Assembly: GCA_951406725.2 (NCBI GenBank)
Contig: OX597818.1
Location: forward strand, 30,690,001 to 30,754,000
Length of the DNA stretch: 64,000 nt
Direction of reading: 5' to 3'
Source: Octopus vulgaris
Lineage: Eukaryota
Below the pieces are notes generated by a model, which ran no database searches, was not told where the DNA came from, and saw only the letters and a list, made by a program, of their open reading frames with translations. Position numbers and translations under genes: made by a program. Below, in pieces: positions 1 through 12,240 of this stretch; positions within the stretch are counted from its first letter, which is position 1; each line of letters starts with the position of its first letter.

Positions 1-428
1 GGTAGTTTCGGAAATTTTGTGACCTCGCTAAAATTGTTGACAAAGTTTCGTCTTGTCGTGAAAGTACATGCCAAATGCAGAAATGAGTAAATAAATCTTA
101 AAACAATGTTTCTCTGTGAGTGTAAAATCGATATATCAGATGATGGTTTCTGCTGCTCACAAATTGCTACATAGCATATATTTTGGCCTCTTGTTTGATT
201 CTACTCAGCATCAAGAGAAAATAGCAGGATAAGTTTGTCATACTGATATTGATTTTAATGAGAAAAAAATTTCATGACAAGAATCTTTTCTTAGCTTTAT
301 CTAATCAAAATGAAAGTACGCTGAAAACAAATAATAAATGAAATTCTATTATAAAACTGTCCATCTCAGTGTTGTCAATATCGCAGGCAATTAATATAAA
401 GTTGTTTTTGTAAATTGCGACAATCATT

Positions 429-782
429 TTCTTCTTGTGTTGAGACAGCATTCACTCGGGGTGGGTTGAGCTGGCTTCATTCATCCTCAATGTCGCATCT
501 CTCACAAGCGCCGACCAGACCTGGCGATTTGAGGTTAACGACCGCGTGATCTCCAAACACTCCCTATTCCAGCGGCGAACGCCGTAGATATGGGGGCCTA
601 GGTTGGGTTCCAGATCACCCTTGACTGTCATCAGCCAGATTTTTCGTTGTCCACCACATCGCTTTCGCCAACCCTGAAAGCGAAAGCGACGGGCCTAGGT
701 TGGGTTCCAGATCAGCCTTGACTGTCATCAGCCAGGGTTTTCGTTGTCCACCACATCGCTTTCGCCAACCCTGAAAGCGAAA
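429..782 (-). mobile_element. 5'-truncated RTE-clade LINE 3' end with candidate 12-bp TSD and 97-bp internal tandem duplication
   Basis: Minus strand encodes FQGWRKRCGGQRK.WLMTVKGDLEPNLGPHIYGVRRWNRECLEITRSLTSNRQVWSALVRDA..STHPE*, an RTE-type C-terminus. GCGACAATCATT occurs at 417-428 and 783-794. 594-690 is repeated at 691-787. Confidence 0.8.
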
Positions 783-1323
783 GCGACAATCATTCTCTCA
801 ATTTGGTTGGATGAATTTTTTTGAAAAAAATAACAGCCACTGGCAGATACAATATCTGAACTGCGTAGTGTCCGATAATTTTCGTTCGCTTATGAATAAA
901 CTTCTTTTTACATACCGTCAGTTTTCTTAACCAACGAGAAATTCAACAGTGTGCAGCAAAGCTTGATGAACAAATGCAAAATATTGGATGTGCATTAGGA
1001 ATTAAATGGCTTTCAAGCTCCTTCAGATCTGTCCCAGCAGTTTGGGGGTGGCCATGCACCGTTGTTACCGTTTTGAGAATGTCAGTAGTGTCAATGATTA
1101 AAGTCGATCAAAGGCTGACAAGTGCATCTTTAGAGAACTTCATGAATGCATTTATTTCATGAACATATTATGACGTTCCTTGACCTACCATATATGTACT
1201 ATGTATTGTTGAAGTATACCTCTTTCGTACAGAAATAAAAATATCACTATAGTCTGTGCGAACAAGTTAATTCGTCACACATACGATTTTTGGAAGTTAG
1301 AAAGTAATAACGCAAAAATAAAA

Positions 1324-1550
1324 AGAGTCATTTTCTTTTAGTGCCTTATTATTTATCACACTCACCGGTTCGATTTTCACTCACTTAGTTATTTATTTAA
1401 AAAAAAATTTTAGTTGCGTCTTGAGAGTCAACGACTATTGAAGAGGTTGCGAGACGCAACGAAAATTTTTAGAAAAAATAAATAACTAAATGAGTGGAAA
1501 TCTAACCGGTGCGTGTGTTAAATAATAAGGCAGTAAAAGAGAATGACTCT
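1324..1550. repeat. Imperfect ~227-bp palindrome (inverted pseudo-LTR-like) with central hammerhead-like motif
   Basis: The arm AGAGTCATTTTCTTTTAGTGCCTTATTATTT... is the near reverse complement of ...AAATAATAAGGCAGTAAAAGAGAATGACTCT. The centre (1435-1472) reads cta-TTGAAGA-g-gttgcg-aga-cgcaac-GAAA-att-tt-tag. Confidence 0.75.
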
Positions 1551-3240
1551 CCCCAGATACAATAAAATACGCTTCAACACACGAATTCACATAAAGAATC
1601 TTGCAAACCAAATACAAAAACTAAAAAGAATAAAAGTGTTTTAGAAGAAGAAAATGCCATTGAGTTAATTAGATTTGCATCAGTGACACTGATAGATAAG
1701 ATTGTTTCAATGAATCATGACCAGTATCGTAAACAATATGAAACCGCAGTTATACACACTAACTTCTCATGGATCAACAAAGCCACAAGACTCTTCTAAT
1801 TTTATTCAAAACATAATTCATAAACTGAGAACCAGAGAAGACGGTAAGTGGCCAGCTGAAATAATTTCAGGATTTGGAGAAAATGAAATAGAATTCCTCA
1901 ACAGGAGAGCCATTTACAAAATGAATCGCAATATATAGAGACTTTCGAAACGACAGTGGATAACTTTAATTGGAAAGCCTTTAATTGGAAATTTAAAAGT
2001 AATCCCGTGTAGTCCTTATAAGAGGAAACGAATAGTATTAACTTTATTGTGACGGAAAAGAGGTCAAAGCGGTTAACCAACCATGTGAGCAATTACGTAT
2101 TTATTAGTCTTAACGGCCCTCCAATTCCTTAAATGGTTAAGTGTGATCGCCTCGTAACTGACACACAAACAAGATTAGCGATAACTAATGACTTCATTGT
2201 GAGCCCAATAAGGAAACTGTTAAAAATTTCTCTAAATGCCGCAGTTCATGATAAAATTAAATAAATTATTCTTTAAATCGTATTTAATAAGCTGTTTTAG
2301 TTTAGAGTTTGTGGAATCATGATTCTGCATCCACTACAAAACACATACATTACCATTATGAAACAGGGTTTTGTATCAAAACAGATGAGGAGGGGCTAAA
2401 TGTCTCCCTCGTATATAGAATAATATTGGAATCTAAGAAATCCGTCTATAACAAAACTTCTGATATTATGGAATGAAATGCTACCAAAATTAAATATAAA
2501 TTGATTATATTTATGGTAAGGTCGGTCAGGCATTCAAATTGCCCGCACTCGTGTTCATGCCTTCTTCTGAAAAACCCTCTTCCATTTCCTCCTAAAATCA
2601 GTCTGGTTTCCAAAAAAATATTTGGGTAGTTTACAACAGTGTTTCTTAAACTATCAGATGTGGCGTACCGGCAGTTGTTTTTTTTTCCAATGTGCCAGGG
2701 ACCGATAATATTTCTTAGTAATATTAATTTACACTGGAAACAATATATATAATGAATATAATAAAAATTGACAATTTTTTTTACGGAGATGTACTTGCAT
2801 AGCAAGTGACCTAATCTGAGATCGTGTGCTGGAACGAAAACAATTGCAGAATGGAAGGTGTTTGTAAGCCATTTAAGAAACACACAAAAACCGTTAGATT
2901 CACTTCAACATTTAAATTTAATTTGTCAAAATATTTTCGTCGCTTTGAGACCGCGACCTGTTCCTTTTATTTATTTTGTAAACAAATAATATAATATTAC
3001 ATAAGCATTTTATAATGTTTCTTTCTTTGCTGGATGCTCGCTGCGTACCGGCAATTGATGGCTTTCGGACCAGCACCGGTCCGCGGACCACCACTTTGAG
3101 TAAGACTGGTTTACAACATCTTCGGAACCACATTTTCTGGGCTCGTTACGTTTGACAGTGCACATCACCATTTGAGTAACACCTTGAAAATGTCTTCCCT
3201 CAATTTTAGCTCTACATCATTGCTTATATGTGCATGCATT

Positions 3241-3242
3241 TT

Positions 3243-3277
<35 letters not shown>

Positions 3278-3291
3278 GTCTATTTATTTCA

Positions 3292-3342
<51 letters not shown>
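3241..3342. repeat. (TCTA)n + (CA)n microsatellites
   Basis: Directly visible. Confidence 0.95.
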
Positions 3343-3345
<3 letters not shown>

Positions 3346-6300
3346 GTTAGAGAAAGGAAATCAGCTTTTAAAAAGAAAAGCTTGGAGACTCACTATTCAA
3401 ATATTTTAAGTGACATCTAATTGTTGCTCGTTGCAGTTCGGTCTTTTTGTTGAGATCTCATTACAGTTGCGTGTGTGCGTGTATGTTGTGTGCATGTTGT
3501 GTGTGTGTGCGAGCACTTATGAGTGTCTGCGATGTGTATTTGTGTACATACATACGTATATACATTACACACATACATAAAATTACATTGCGTACACATG
3601 CATTCACACATCGTTACATCTCCACACCCCCGGGTAGCTGAAGTAACTTTTTTTTTTATTAAAGTAATTAAAGGGTCTTGCAAAAACTTATGAAATCGCA
3701 GTTTTTAAATCGAATTCATTAACGTAAGTCAAATGAGAGATAGTTTATCTACATGAATGTTTTTAAAAATCTCCAACACATTTATACTTTTTTTTATTAT
3801 TATTGGTTTTGTCTAGGGTGGGATAAATGTCCTCATTGCCACTTCAAGCTCTCCGAGAGCAATGAGATTGACTTCATAATGATAGACCTGAAAAACAGCA
3901 CTTCCGTACTTGTAGAGTTTATCCCCAATCGGTAATATAATCAGCAAAGGATTTAGAAAAATTGCCCACAGTCCTTAAGTCGCAAGTCTTCTAGAATGAG
4001 AATGTTTAGACGTTTCACTGACCGTATGTCACGACTAATAGAAATCTGTGAACACCTGAGAATATTCCAGACCCCAAGCACCCAAACCTGGTCAACGCTT
4101 GACCAATCTTGGTCAGATGTAGACTAACTGCAGCTCCAAAGATGCGATAAGTTACAACAGTAACTTTAACGATGGTAGTTTACAAGGCTTTATATTAACC
4201 ACAGTAAAAACCAAAAAAAACAACTACATTCTTGCCCGCTGTCGAGTTGATCCATAAAATATTGCACTCACATCATCGAATTCATATTTTATCTGAAACA
4301 TAAGAGATTTCATTCTTGTCACGACATCTAGTTTTATTTTGTCAAGGACTCTCTTATGATTATTAGTACAGCGAAATTTCCTTGAAATATAAACCATTAC
4401 ATAAACGTTACTTGCGGGTGTACCCATCTGTTCAGGGGAGTGTCATCTCGCCCACCTTTTTTTTTCAGTAAATGCTCGGTACAAATGACGGCAAATATTT
4501 TAAATATGGATTGCTTTTGTTGCTGTTGCTGCTTATTTCTAGGTCATCACTAATCGTATTGAGCGACGATGAAAAATATTCTTGCCATTATCATCTCCTT
4601 TGTTTTTCTTTTTCAGAGGCTTCACTCCAGAACAGGTCATCGAAAAACTAATGTAGGCCAATATACACAACTTTAGATTTAACTACTGGTGAATATAACA
4701 TTTATACTGTGCATACAAATATGGAACGATACAAGTTGTAATATTTTGACTCAGAGAGAACTTCTCGAGAAGAATATTGTGTTAAAAAAACAGAGCTTCG
4801 TGGATCAGTAGACTTGGTGTTTCGACTTGATTTGGTCTCTTAAGTGACGAATACCCTGGATTTTCTGAGCAAAGTTTGTGTCGTTTCACGTTTGTATTTA
4901 CATATTTGTAAGCTATTTCTAACAAGTCGACCACATAGAGGCTCCTTCATCAGCTTGTTGATATAAGATGAACAGTTGATAAAAGAAAATCTAACAAATT
5001 TCCATACATATTATACCTATTTATTTTTCATGACAAATTTATTAAGCGCTGTCTTCCATAAAACAGAGTCAATTGAGAAAAATATGATCAATGTGGATTG
5101 AAATATATCTTCCATAAATTAAATCTAGATTCTCATAGAGTTGAATGACAGTTGAATAATTGGTTACACATTCTGGGAGATAGGGTGTAGAAGATAAAGT
5201 CGACTCCCAATATCCGACTGCTTCGTTATGCAAGAATGTCCTTAATGGGATTCGATCTCAGAATGTACAGAGCTGTAACAAAAATGCCCATTAGGAATTT
5301 TGTCAGACGCTCTAACGATTCTCTCCGTCTCCAATCTAGTATTTCAGAATAACAAAAAACAAAAAGAAAAAATCAAGAAAAAACAAAGAAGAAACGCATT
5401 AATCAAAATTCTTCAGAGAAACGCTTTTCATTCATACACATTTTTATATGTTGTTGTTTAACCCCAGGTCAGTTCTCATCAAGCAGACCTAATTTAGTGC
5501 ATGTTTATATGAATGAGCGATTGCTTTCTTTTTATTTTTGAGTATCTACCATAGAAATGGTACGACAGCGAAGATAATTACCAGCAGGAAGTTGGTGCGT
5601 ATTGGATTACTCTGTTCATACTACACCACCACCACACCAGTACTCTCTCCCACAACACTCTAGTTCTCTGTCGGTACTTGAAAATTAAAAGAGGAAGAGA
5701 CGACCATCCGATCTTACCGACTGGCCAATACCCAATCTCACATTCCGTTATGATTAGATTTTTATTCTGAAGGACGTGACGACAGAGGAACGGGATGTAA
5801 GAAATAGGTGGAGGGGGAAAAAGACAGAAAGAGAAGAGAGAAAAAGATAATTGGTGGAAGAGAGAGAAAAAGAGTTAACGAGATGGAGAGAGAGAGAGAG
5901 AGAGGTGTGGAAGAATGATGAGAGAAATGAGGAGAAAAGAGGAGGAAGTGTGAGACCCATGAATTAAAAGGTAAGTAGGAAAAAGCGAATTGCTGAGGAT
6001 GAGAGGAAGGTGTAAGTTAATCTTTAAAGTTGAGCTAAACACTTAGTACTTTACGGCTTGATTGGACACAACGGATTTGTTAACAGTATGTTGTGTTAAT
6101 AATATAAACAAACGATGACTAAAAAGCAGAAAGTAGCTATTTTTAGGATGAATAAACTAATAAGGGAAATATTGCTTCTCAGAGTAATTTGTTATCTTAT
6201 TAACCTCCGATTAGTGACACGAACGTGAATATAATACATGAAAGAAAAATCTTTAATTTTTGTGAACAATCACACTGTTATTATATTTGTAACGACCTTC

Positions 6301-7369
6301 ATGCAATAGGTGAGGTTTTAGTCATTCACCGTTTTTCAGAGTTTTTATTAGTCGAAGACAGAACAGTATTTGGATATCCATTTCAACTTTATAGAATGTA
6401 ACTAAAAAAAAAGAGAAATTTCTTAAGCTCTTTTAACCTCTTCCCGACATGATGTTCAGAAACATTCAATTTACTTTTTTCTGACAGCAACACAATAGAG
6501 CAGCACTAAAAAACAGAATTGGTAGTTCGTCCATTTTCATTTCAGTTGTCTTAACTTATAAGATACGTTTAAGATGAAGGAAAAAATGAATTTCTGCCAA
6601 CTTCCCCTACAGCTATATTACTTTTATTTGTTCTCAGCACATGTAACACTTAAAAGAAATTTTAAATTCAGGAACACATGTATAATACTATTTTTCCAAC
6701 ATTGGATTACACATTTGACTTTACAAAAACAAACCTATGTATAAGCATTTTCTACAACTCATTTACTCAAATCTTGGTAATATTATCATTTTTAAATGTA
6801 TGAATTATTGTCTGCTTCAGGCTTGTATTATACAACGTTTAGAAGAATACTATTAGACCGGTAGAGGTTTATTTCCTGAGAGATGGAAAATAAAGAAAAC
6901 GTTACACACACACGCACACACACACACACACTTCAAAGCTTACAGAAGGGCTGGTGAATTGAAATCTCTATGTTGCTTTCAGGGGAACTTAAAACTTGAC
7001 AAACTGCTTCTCCTTCTGTTGTTGGACTACCGTGATGTTTGTTTAAAAAAGGGAGATTATGATTGTGATAAAATAATGAAAGCAATACTTGCTAAGCAAG
7101 GGAGCACTGTTATACAAAGAAATAATTAGACGTAAAATATAGAAATTATTAGAATTGAGAATCAAACGTGAAAATATTATCAAGGGGCTAGCAGAAAACC
7201 ATCCAGAGGGCGGTCTTTCTGCTAGTAATATATATATATATATATATATATGGTGGCCTTCGTTTTTTTTTATTTATTCAAAAGAGTTTTTCAAGTTAAT
7301 ATTTACATGGCATTATTGAAAGCTTTATATGGACATCGAGACCCAATTTAAAATAAATATATATATATA

Positions 7370-7464
7370 TTTCTTCCCTTCTTTCTTGAGCGTCCAATAA
7401 TACTTTATTTGTTCCACGTCCTCGCGTTGTTGTGTTTTTTCTTTGTGTTTTCTTGTTTGGATTA

Positions 7465-7470
<6 letters not shown>
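7370..7470 (+). repeat. 3' fragment of the pLTR-like repeat also at ~10345-10443, ending in (TA)n
   Basis: GAGCGTCCAATAATACTTTATTTGTTCCACGTCCTCGCGTTG...GGATTAACTTTA is shared by both loci. Confidence 0.8.
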
Positions 7471-7500
<30 letters not shown>

Positions 7501-7507
<7 letters not shown>

Positions 7508-8680
7508 GGGTACTTCTGCCCACTTACTGTGGCAAACGTGTAGCCAGAGTAAGGATCGGCAGAGTACCCCCTGATATTGAAGAAGAGTGGATGGTGGCAG
7601 CCATCCTTTACAACATGAAAGAAGGAGTTAAAGTATTAAAGGTGATGAAAACGAGAGAGGTGAACTAGTTGGGATATGGACTGGAGGTGTCGATCCAGGA
7701 CAGTTTACTGGGCCTTCGAAATATAGTAGGAGAGGTGAAACTGCCAGATGTGACTTTGAGAGTGATGGTGGAAGGAAGATTTCCAACCTGCTACCAGTGT
7801 GGAGTACGGGGACACATGAAGGCAAAGTGTCCCCAGAAACACAACGAAGATGGAATGGAACAGGAGGAACAGGGCAAGGAGAAGGAACATAACGTCGAAG
7901 AGCAAAACCCAGTATATGAAAAGAGTTCAGAAAATGTGGAGGAACAGTTTATGGTGGTGAAGAGAAAGAAGAGGGAAGGAAATGCGGACTCACCACCGAA
8001 GAGTCCGCTAAAGAAAAGAAAAGAAAGTACTGAAGAAAGACCAGCAACATCGAGGGGAACCAACGCGGAGGAGCAGGTGAAATTGCAAAAGAGAAAATAA
8101 ATAAGACAGGAGATGCTAGCAGCATCGAGGGAGGTCAGGATGGAGGAGCGGGTAGAACTGCAGAAACAACCAAGTGAGAGGGAGGCACGTCGAGAGATGC
8201 CACCAGCATCGAAGGAGGTCCAAATGGAAAAGCAAGTGGGATTGCAAAAACCAAGAGAAAAAAGAAGTACCAATACCAACAACATCGAAGGAAATCAATA
8301 TGGGAAAGCAAGAAGGACTACAGAAAAAAGAACCAAAACATATATGGAACATGATAAAATATACTAAAAGTGTGGAAATAGAATAGAAAATTACAAAAAT
8401 AAAAACAGCAATTAGGGTGAGACTAACATAGAATGAATACTCAGAAAACACCAAAGCAATCTTACTTGATAGCGTGAGAGGTGAAAAACTAAGAGAACTA
8501 TTTGGGAACAAGATAGAGATACCGGCATTAAGAGTTCAATTCGACGAATTGCCACCAGTGGTGGATTTCCAAGATTTGATGCAGTATTTAGTGTGATAAA
8601 AAGGAAGGAAAAATGTAAAATTTAAAAAATTGTTAATGCTGTTCAAAAAAAAAAAAAAGATGCAAAAAGAAAAGAAAAAA
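7501..8680 (+). pseudogene. Retroelement ORF1/gag-like relic with CCHC zinc knuckle and A-rich tail
   Basis: One frame runs from ~7501 with stops at 7666 and 8098 and contains VEGRFPTCYQCGVRGHMKAKCP (CX2CX4HX4C). A charged region and four imperfect peptide repeats follow, then an A-run at ~8646. No RT is visible. Confidence 0.7.
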
Positions 8681-8874
8681 AGAACTGATTTATAAACGTT
8701 AACCAAATACATTTAAATGACACTGCCTGCGAGTGAGGAGCAGGAAAGCCATCTCATTTTCATTTTTATAATTCATCTATCATTCATTCATTCTATGTTT
8801 TATATCCCCGCTGTGCTGTTTTGCCTGTCCGTGAATCGTCCCCTTTATGTCGAGTCTGAGTGCTCAAATAAAGA

Positions 8875-9290
8875 AATCAGCATGCCGGACGAAGTGCGTA
8901 GCGGTATTTCCCCCGTCGAAGGCGGCGAGCTGGCAGAAGCGTTTGCACGCCGGGCGAAATGCGTAGCCGTATTTCGTCTGCCGTTACGTTCTGAGTTCAA
9001 ATTCCGCTGAGGTCGACTTTGCCTTTCATCCTTTCGGGGGTCGATTAAATAAGTACCAGTTACGCACTGGGGTCGATATAATCGACTTAATCTGTTTGTC
9101 TGTCCTTGTTTGTCCCTTCTGTGTTTAGCCCTCTGTGGGTAGTAAAGAAATAGGTATTTCCCCCGTCGCTACGTCCTGAGTTCAAATTCCGCTGAGGTCG
9201 ATAGATTAAGTACTAATGAAGCACTGGGGTCGATGTAATCGACTAGTCCCCTCCCCAAAATGTCAGGCCTTGTGCCTATAGTAGAAAATA
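8875..9290 (+). mobile_element. SINE family A (tRNA-derived): young copy 8919-9152 nested in an older copy, with 16-bp TSD
   Basis: A-box-like GAGCTGGCAGAA, B-box GAGTTCAAATTCC and core GCCTTTCATCCTTTCGGGG..TCGAT. GGTATTTCCCCCGTCG is duplicated at 8903-8918 and 9153-9168. Confidence 0.9.
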
Positions 9291-10306
9291 TTATTATTAT
9301 TATTATTATTAGTAGTAGTAGTAGTAGTAGCAGCAGCAACAGCAGTAGCTGTAATAGTATTAGCAACAGGTGTAGCAGTAGTTGCAATTTAATTTCATTA
9401 AAGTAATTACGCCTGTTAAACACTGGGACAATATTGAGAATTATGTGTAGCTATATACACAGTACTCGCTTTGCACGGTTTCACTTTAGCGCGGTTTTGG
9501 TTTCAGTCGATTAAAAAAAAATGCGCATGCAGAAACTCCACTTCATAGTTTCCGTTTTTGAATTTTTATTTCCGTTCATTTTACTTTCATTTCACTTTTC
9601 TGATAATGAGGTAGAGCACACTTACGGTAGAATTGTTTTTTTTTTTAATGTTTTTTTTTTTTATTTAATATTTTCAAGATTGTATAATAGTTTCAAATAT
9701 CAAGTTGGCTGATTTATTTACAAATGAAAATTAATGTATTACAGTTTTAAGAAGAGAAAAGGTTAAAAGGACACTATGAAATAGATGAAAAAATAAAACA
9801 ATTAACAGAAATGAAGAAAAATCCGAGCCCAAATAATCACTGGATGTTCAGTAACTATGTTGTAACATTTTGGAAACAATAGAAAAAGCTCTATTATTTT
9901 AAAACACAATATATATACGATACATATACATACACGCACACACACATACCTCTTTGTTTTTGACCTGTGTTGGACACAAAAATCACCACTCCTTATTCTT
10001 ACAAACTGGCCAGCTACTAGCCAGTTGTTTGCCATACACACATACGCACACACACGCACCCCCCCACACTCACACACGTGTCATCATTGCACACATACAC
10101 ACACACGCGCACCCGCAGACCTTCGCGCACGCACACATCCACACACATTTCCTTGTCCTTACCATACTGTCTTTGAAACTCTCCTGTCTTTAAAAAACAT
10201 TATTCTTCCACTTTTCAACTTCCGGTCTTTCAATATGTGACCTCATGATCACCGTCAGCGATTTTTTTCCTCTGTCTTCCCTTCTCGAGATCTTTCCTTC
10301 TCCTAT

Positions 10307-10341
10307 GTTTCCGACGAAGAGCTCCGCTCGAAACGTTAAAC
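10307..10341 (+). ncRNA. Minimal type-I hammerhead-like motif (U4>C core variant) in a Penelope-pLTR-like repeat
   Basis: gttt-CCGACGA-a-gagc-tcc-gctc-GAAA-CG-TT-aaac: stem I gttt/aaac, stem II gagc/gctc, palindromic minimal stem III AACGTT. Confidence 0.55.
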
Positions 10342-10525
10342 CCTCCTTCTTCCCTTCTTTCCTGAGCGTCCAATAATACTTTATTTGTTCCACGTCCTCG
10401 CGTTGCTGTATTTTTTTGTGTTTTCTTGTTTGGATTAACTTTATATATATATATACCAGAGTAAGCACATAAATGTGAAACAAGGTGGTAAAAAAGTACT
10501 CAAGTACCAGAGGTAGAGTAATATG

Positions 10526-10722
10526 TTTATTTAAAAGCAGCAGAAATATAACAAAAGCTGTTACTCAGAGTTTCACGTTCCCATTCGTTGGACAGTTTTG
10601 TTAAAATAGAACAGAAATAACGATATGATCAAAACTAGTTAAAGGATACACCTTGTCCAACGAACGGGAACGTTAAACTCTGAGTAACAGCTTTTGTTAT
10701 ATTTGTGTTGCTTTTAAATAAA
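10526..10722. repeat. Inverted repeat (~70-bp arms), each arm with a degenerate hammerhead-like motif
   Basis: TTTATTTAAAAGCAGCAG...CGTTGGACA pairs with TGTCCAACG...CTTTTAAATAAA. The left arm on the minus strand reads ctgt-CCAACGA-atg-ggaa-cgt-GAAA-ctctgag-TA-acag. Confidence 0.7.
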
Positions 10723-11209
10723 GTATATATACACACACACACACAATAATTTTTTTTTCTTTCTTTTGGGAACGTAAGATCTTGAAGTAGATAAGCTGCA
10801 AATAAAAACGTGTAAATATTGGGTTAAAAATCTATTTGGACAGAAAAAGTGGTAGGTTACCCAGGTGACTCGAATCTACATCTGTAAACATGATAGACGT
10901 TATGCCACTGTATCAAAGCAATCCTTCGAACTTCTCTGTTCGTTTTAGAAACTTTATTCTTACCTACTAGAATTTATGCCGTTGACGTCATAAGGATTTC
11001 TAAACTTCGACAGTATGAAATAATTCTTCCTGTGAACGTTGGATCTTGAAGCAGATAAGCTATAAATAATAGCGTATAAATATTGGGTTAAAAAATAAAT
11101 AATTATTTCGTGTTTTCGCGAATTTTATAAATTCTTACGACGTCCCTCGCGTAGCCATCGATTTTTTTCTGTCCAAAGGATTTTAAAATTCTAATACTCT
11201 CAGGCTACA

Positions 11210-11432
11210 TGGTGGCCAGCTGGCAGAATCGTTAGCACGCGGACGAAATGCTGTTAAGTATTAAACGGCATTTCTTCCGTCTTCACGCTCTGAGTTCAAA
11301 TTTCGCCGAAGCCGACTTTGCCTTTCATCCTTTCGGGGTCGATAAAATAAGTACAAGCTGAACACCGGGGTCGATGTAATCAACTTATTTCCTTCCTCCA
11401 AATTGCTGATCTTGCGCCAAAATTTGAAATCA
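11210..11432 (+). mobile_element. SINE family A copy
   Basis: Same head, B-box and core as the 8919 copy. Confidence 0.85.
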
Positions 11433-11759
11433 ATAGTTATAGGCTATTATTTACAGCTTATCTGCTTCAAGATCCAACTCTGCCAAAAAGAATTTCATGT
11501 TCTTTTGAAGTTTATAAATTTTTATTACGACAAAGCGCGCAACTTCTCAATATTCACCATTATTGCTACCATCTATCACCCCTAATCTCCGCCTGTACCA
11601 TTGTTTAACATCTTGTTTCACCAGCTTCCCCATTTCGCTACAAACTTTCACTACAGCACCCTACACTCCGTCAGCTTCAGAATTTCCAGTCAATGGCTGA
11701 CCTTCAGACAATCCATTGTTTTCTGCATAGTATATGTTGATCATTTAACTATTTAGCGA

Positions 11760-12240
11760 GCGAAACAACGAAACACTGGTAATTCATGGCGAAATACTGT
11801 ATATACTGTGGTGCTAGAGCATAACAAACCGGACCGAATGGTGAAGGACAAGATGCGCCACATGTGTTATTTGATTGATGGGGTGTGCCCCTTTGACCTA
11901 CGAAGGAAGGCGAGAAAATAGATATATGCAATCTTCTCCAGTTTGAAATAGCCCGGCAATGGAGAATGAAAGTGAAGATAGTGCCAATAATTTTTGGGTC
12001 CTTGGGGAAAATATCAGAAGGCATCAAGAGGAATATAAAGGAAATCGGAATAGAGTACCCAGAAGAACTGTTACAAAAGGTTTGCCTTCTTGGTATGGCC
12101 AGAATAATCAGGAAAGTATTATTTAGTTGAAAAGAAAAGATAGCATAGTACCATAGGTTGCAGGCAGCAAGCCTGATACGCATGCAAGACTCCAGGAGTT
12201 TCAGAAAAGCCTGAATTAAAAAGAAGAAGAATAATACAAA
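11760..12240 (+). mobile_element. R4/Dong-type non-LTR retrotransposon 3' end (restriction-like endonuclease)
   Basis: EHNKPD...CYLIDGVCPFD...EKIDICNLLQFEIARQWRMKVKIVPIIFGSLG...LQKVCLLGMARIIRKVLFS*. Confidence 0.8.

Larger units (their letters stand above)
1..2200 (+). pseudogene. Degraded hAT-superfamily (KIAA1586/ZNF862-like) transposase relic, interrupted by later insertions
   Basis: Collinear peptide blocks across frameshifts: LADTISELRSV, DNFRSLMNKL, NQREIQQCAAKLDEQMQNIGCALGIKWLSSSFRSVPAVW (~840-1047), ITIVCANKLIRH (~1241), WPAEIISGFGENEIEFL (~1849) and LKVIPCS...INFIVTEKRSKRLTNHVSNYVFISLNGPP (~1993-2123, hAT dimerisation-like). Recognised from recall of the family. Confidence 0.75.

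Noticed and set aside
3815-4430. Minus-strand exon candidates (VYHYEVNLIALGELEVAMRTFIPP*; ORF 4224-4427)
   Set aside because: Splice-like signals are present but there is no recognisable homology or consistent exon chain.
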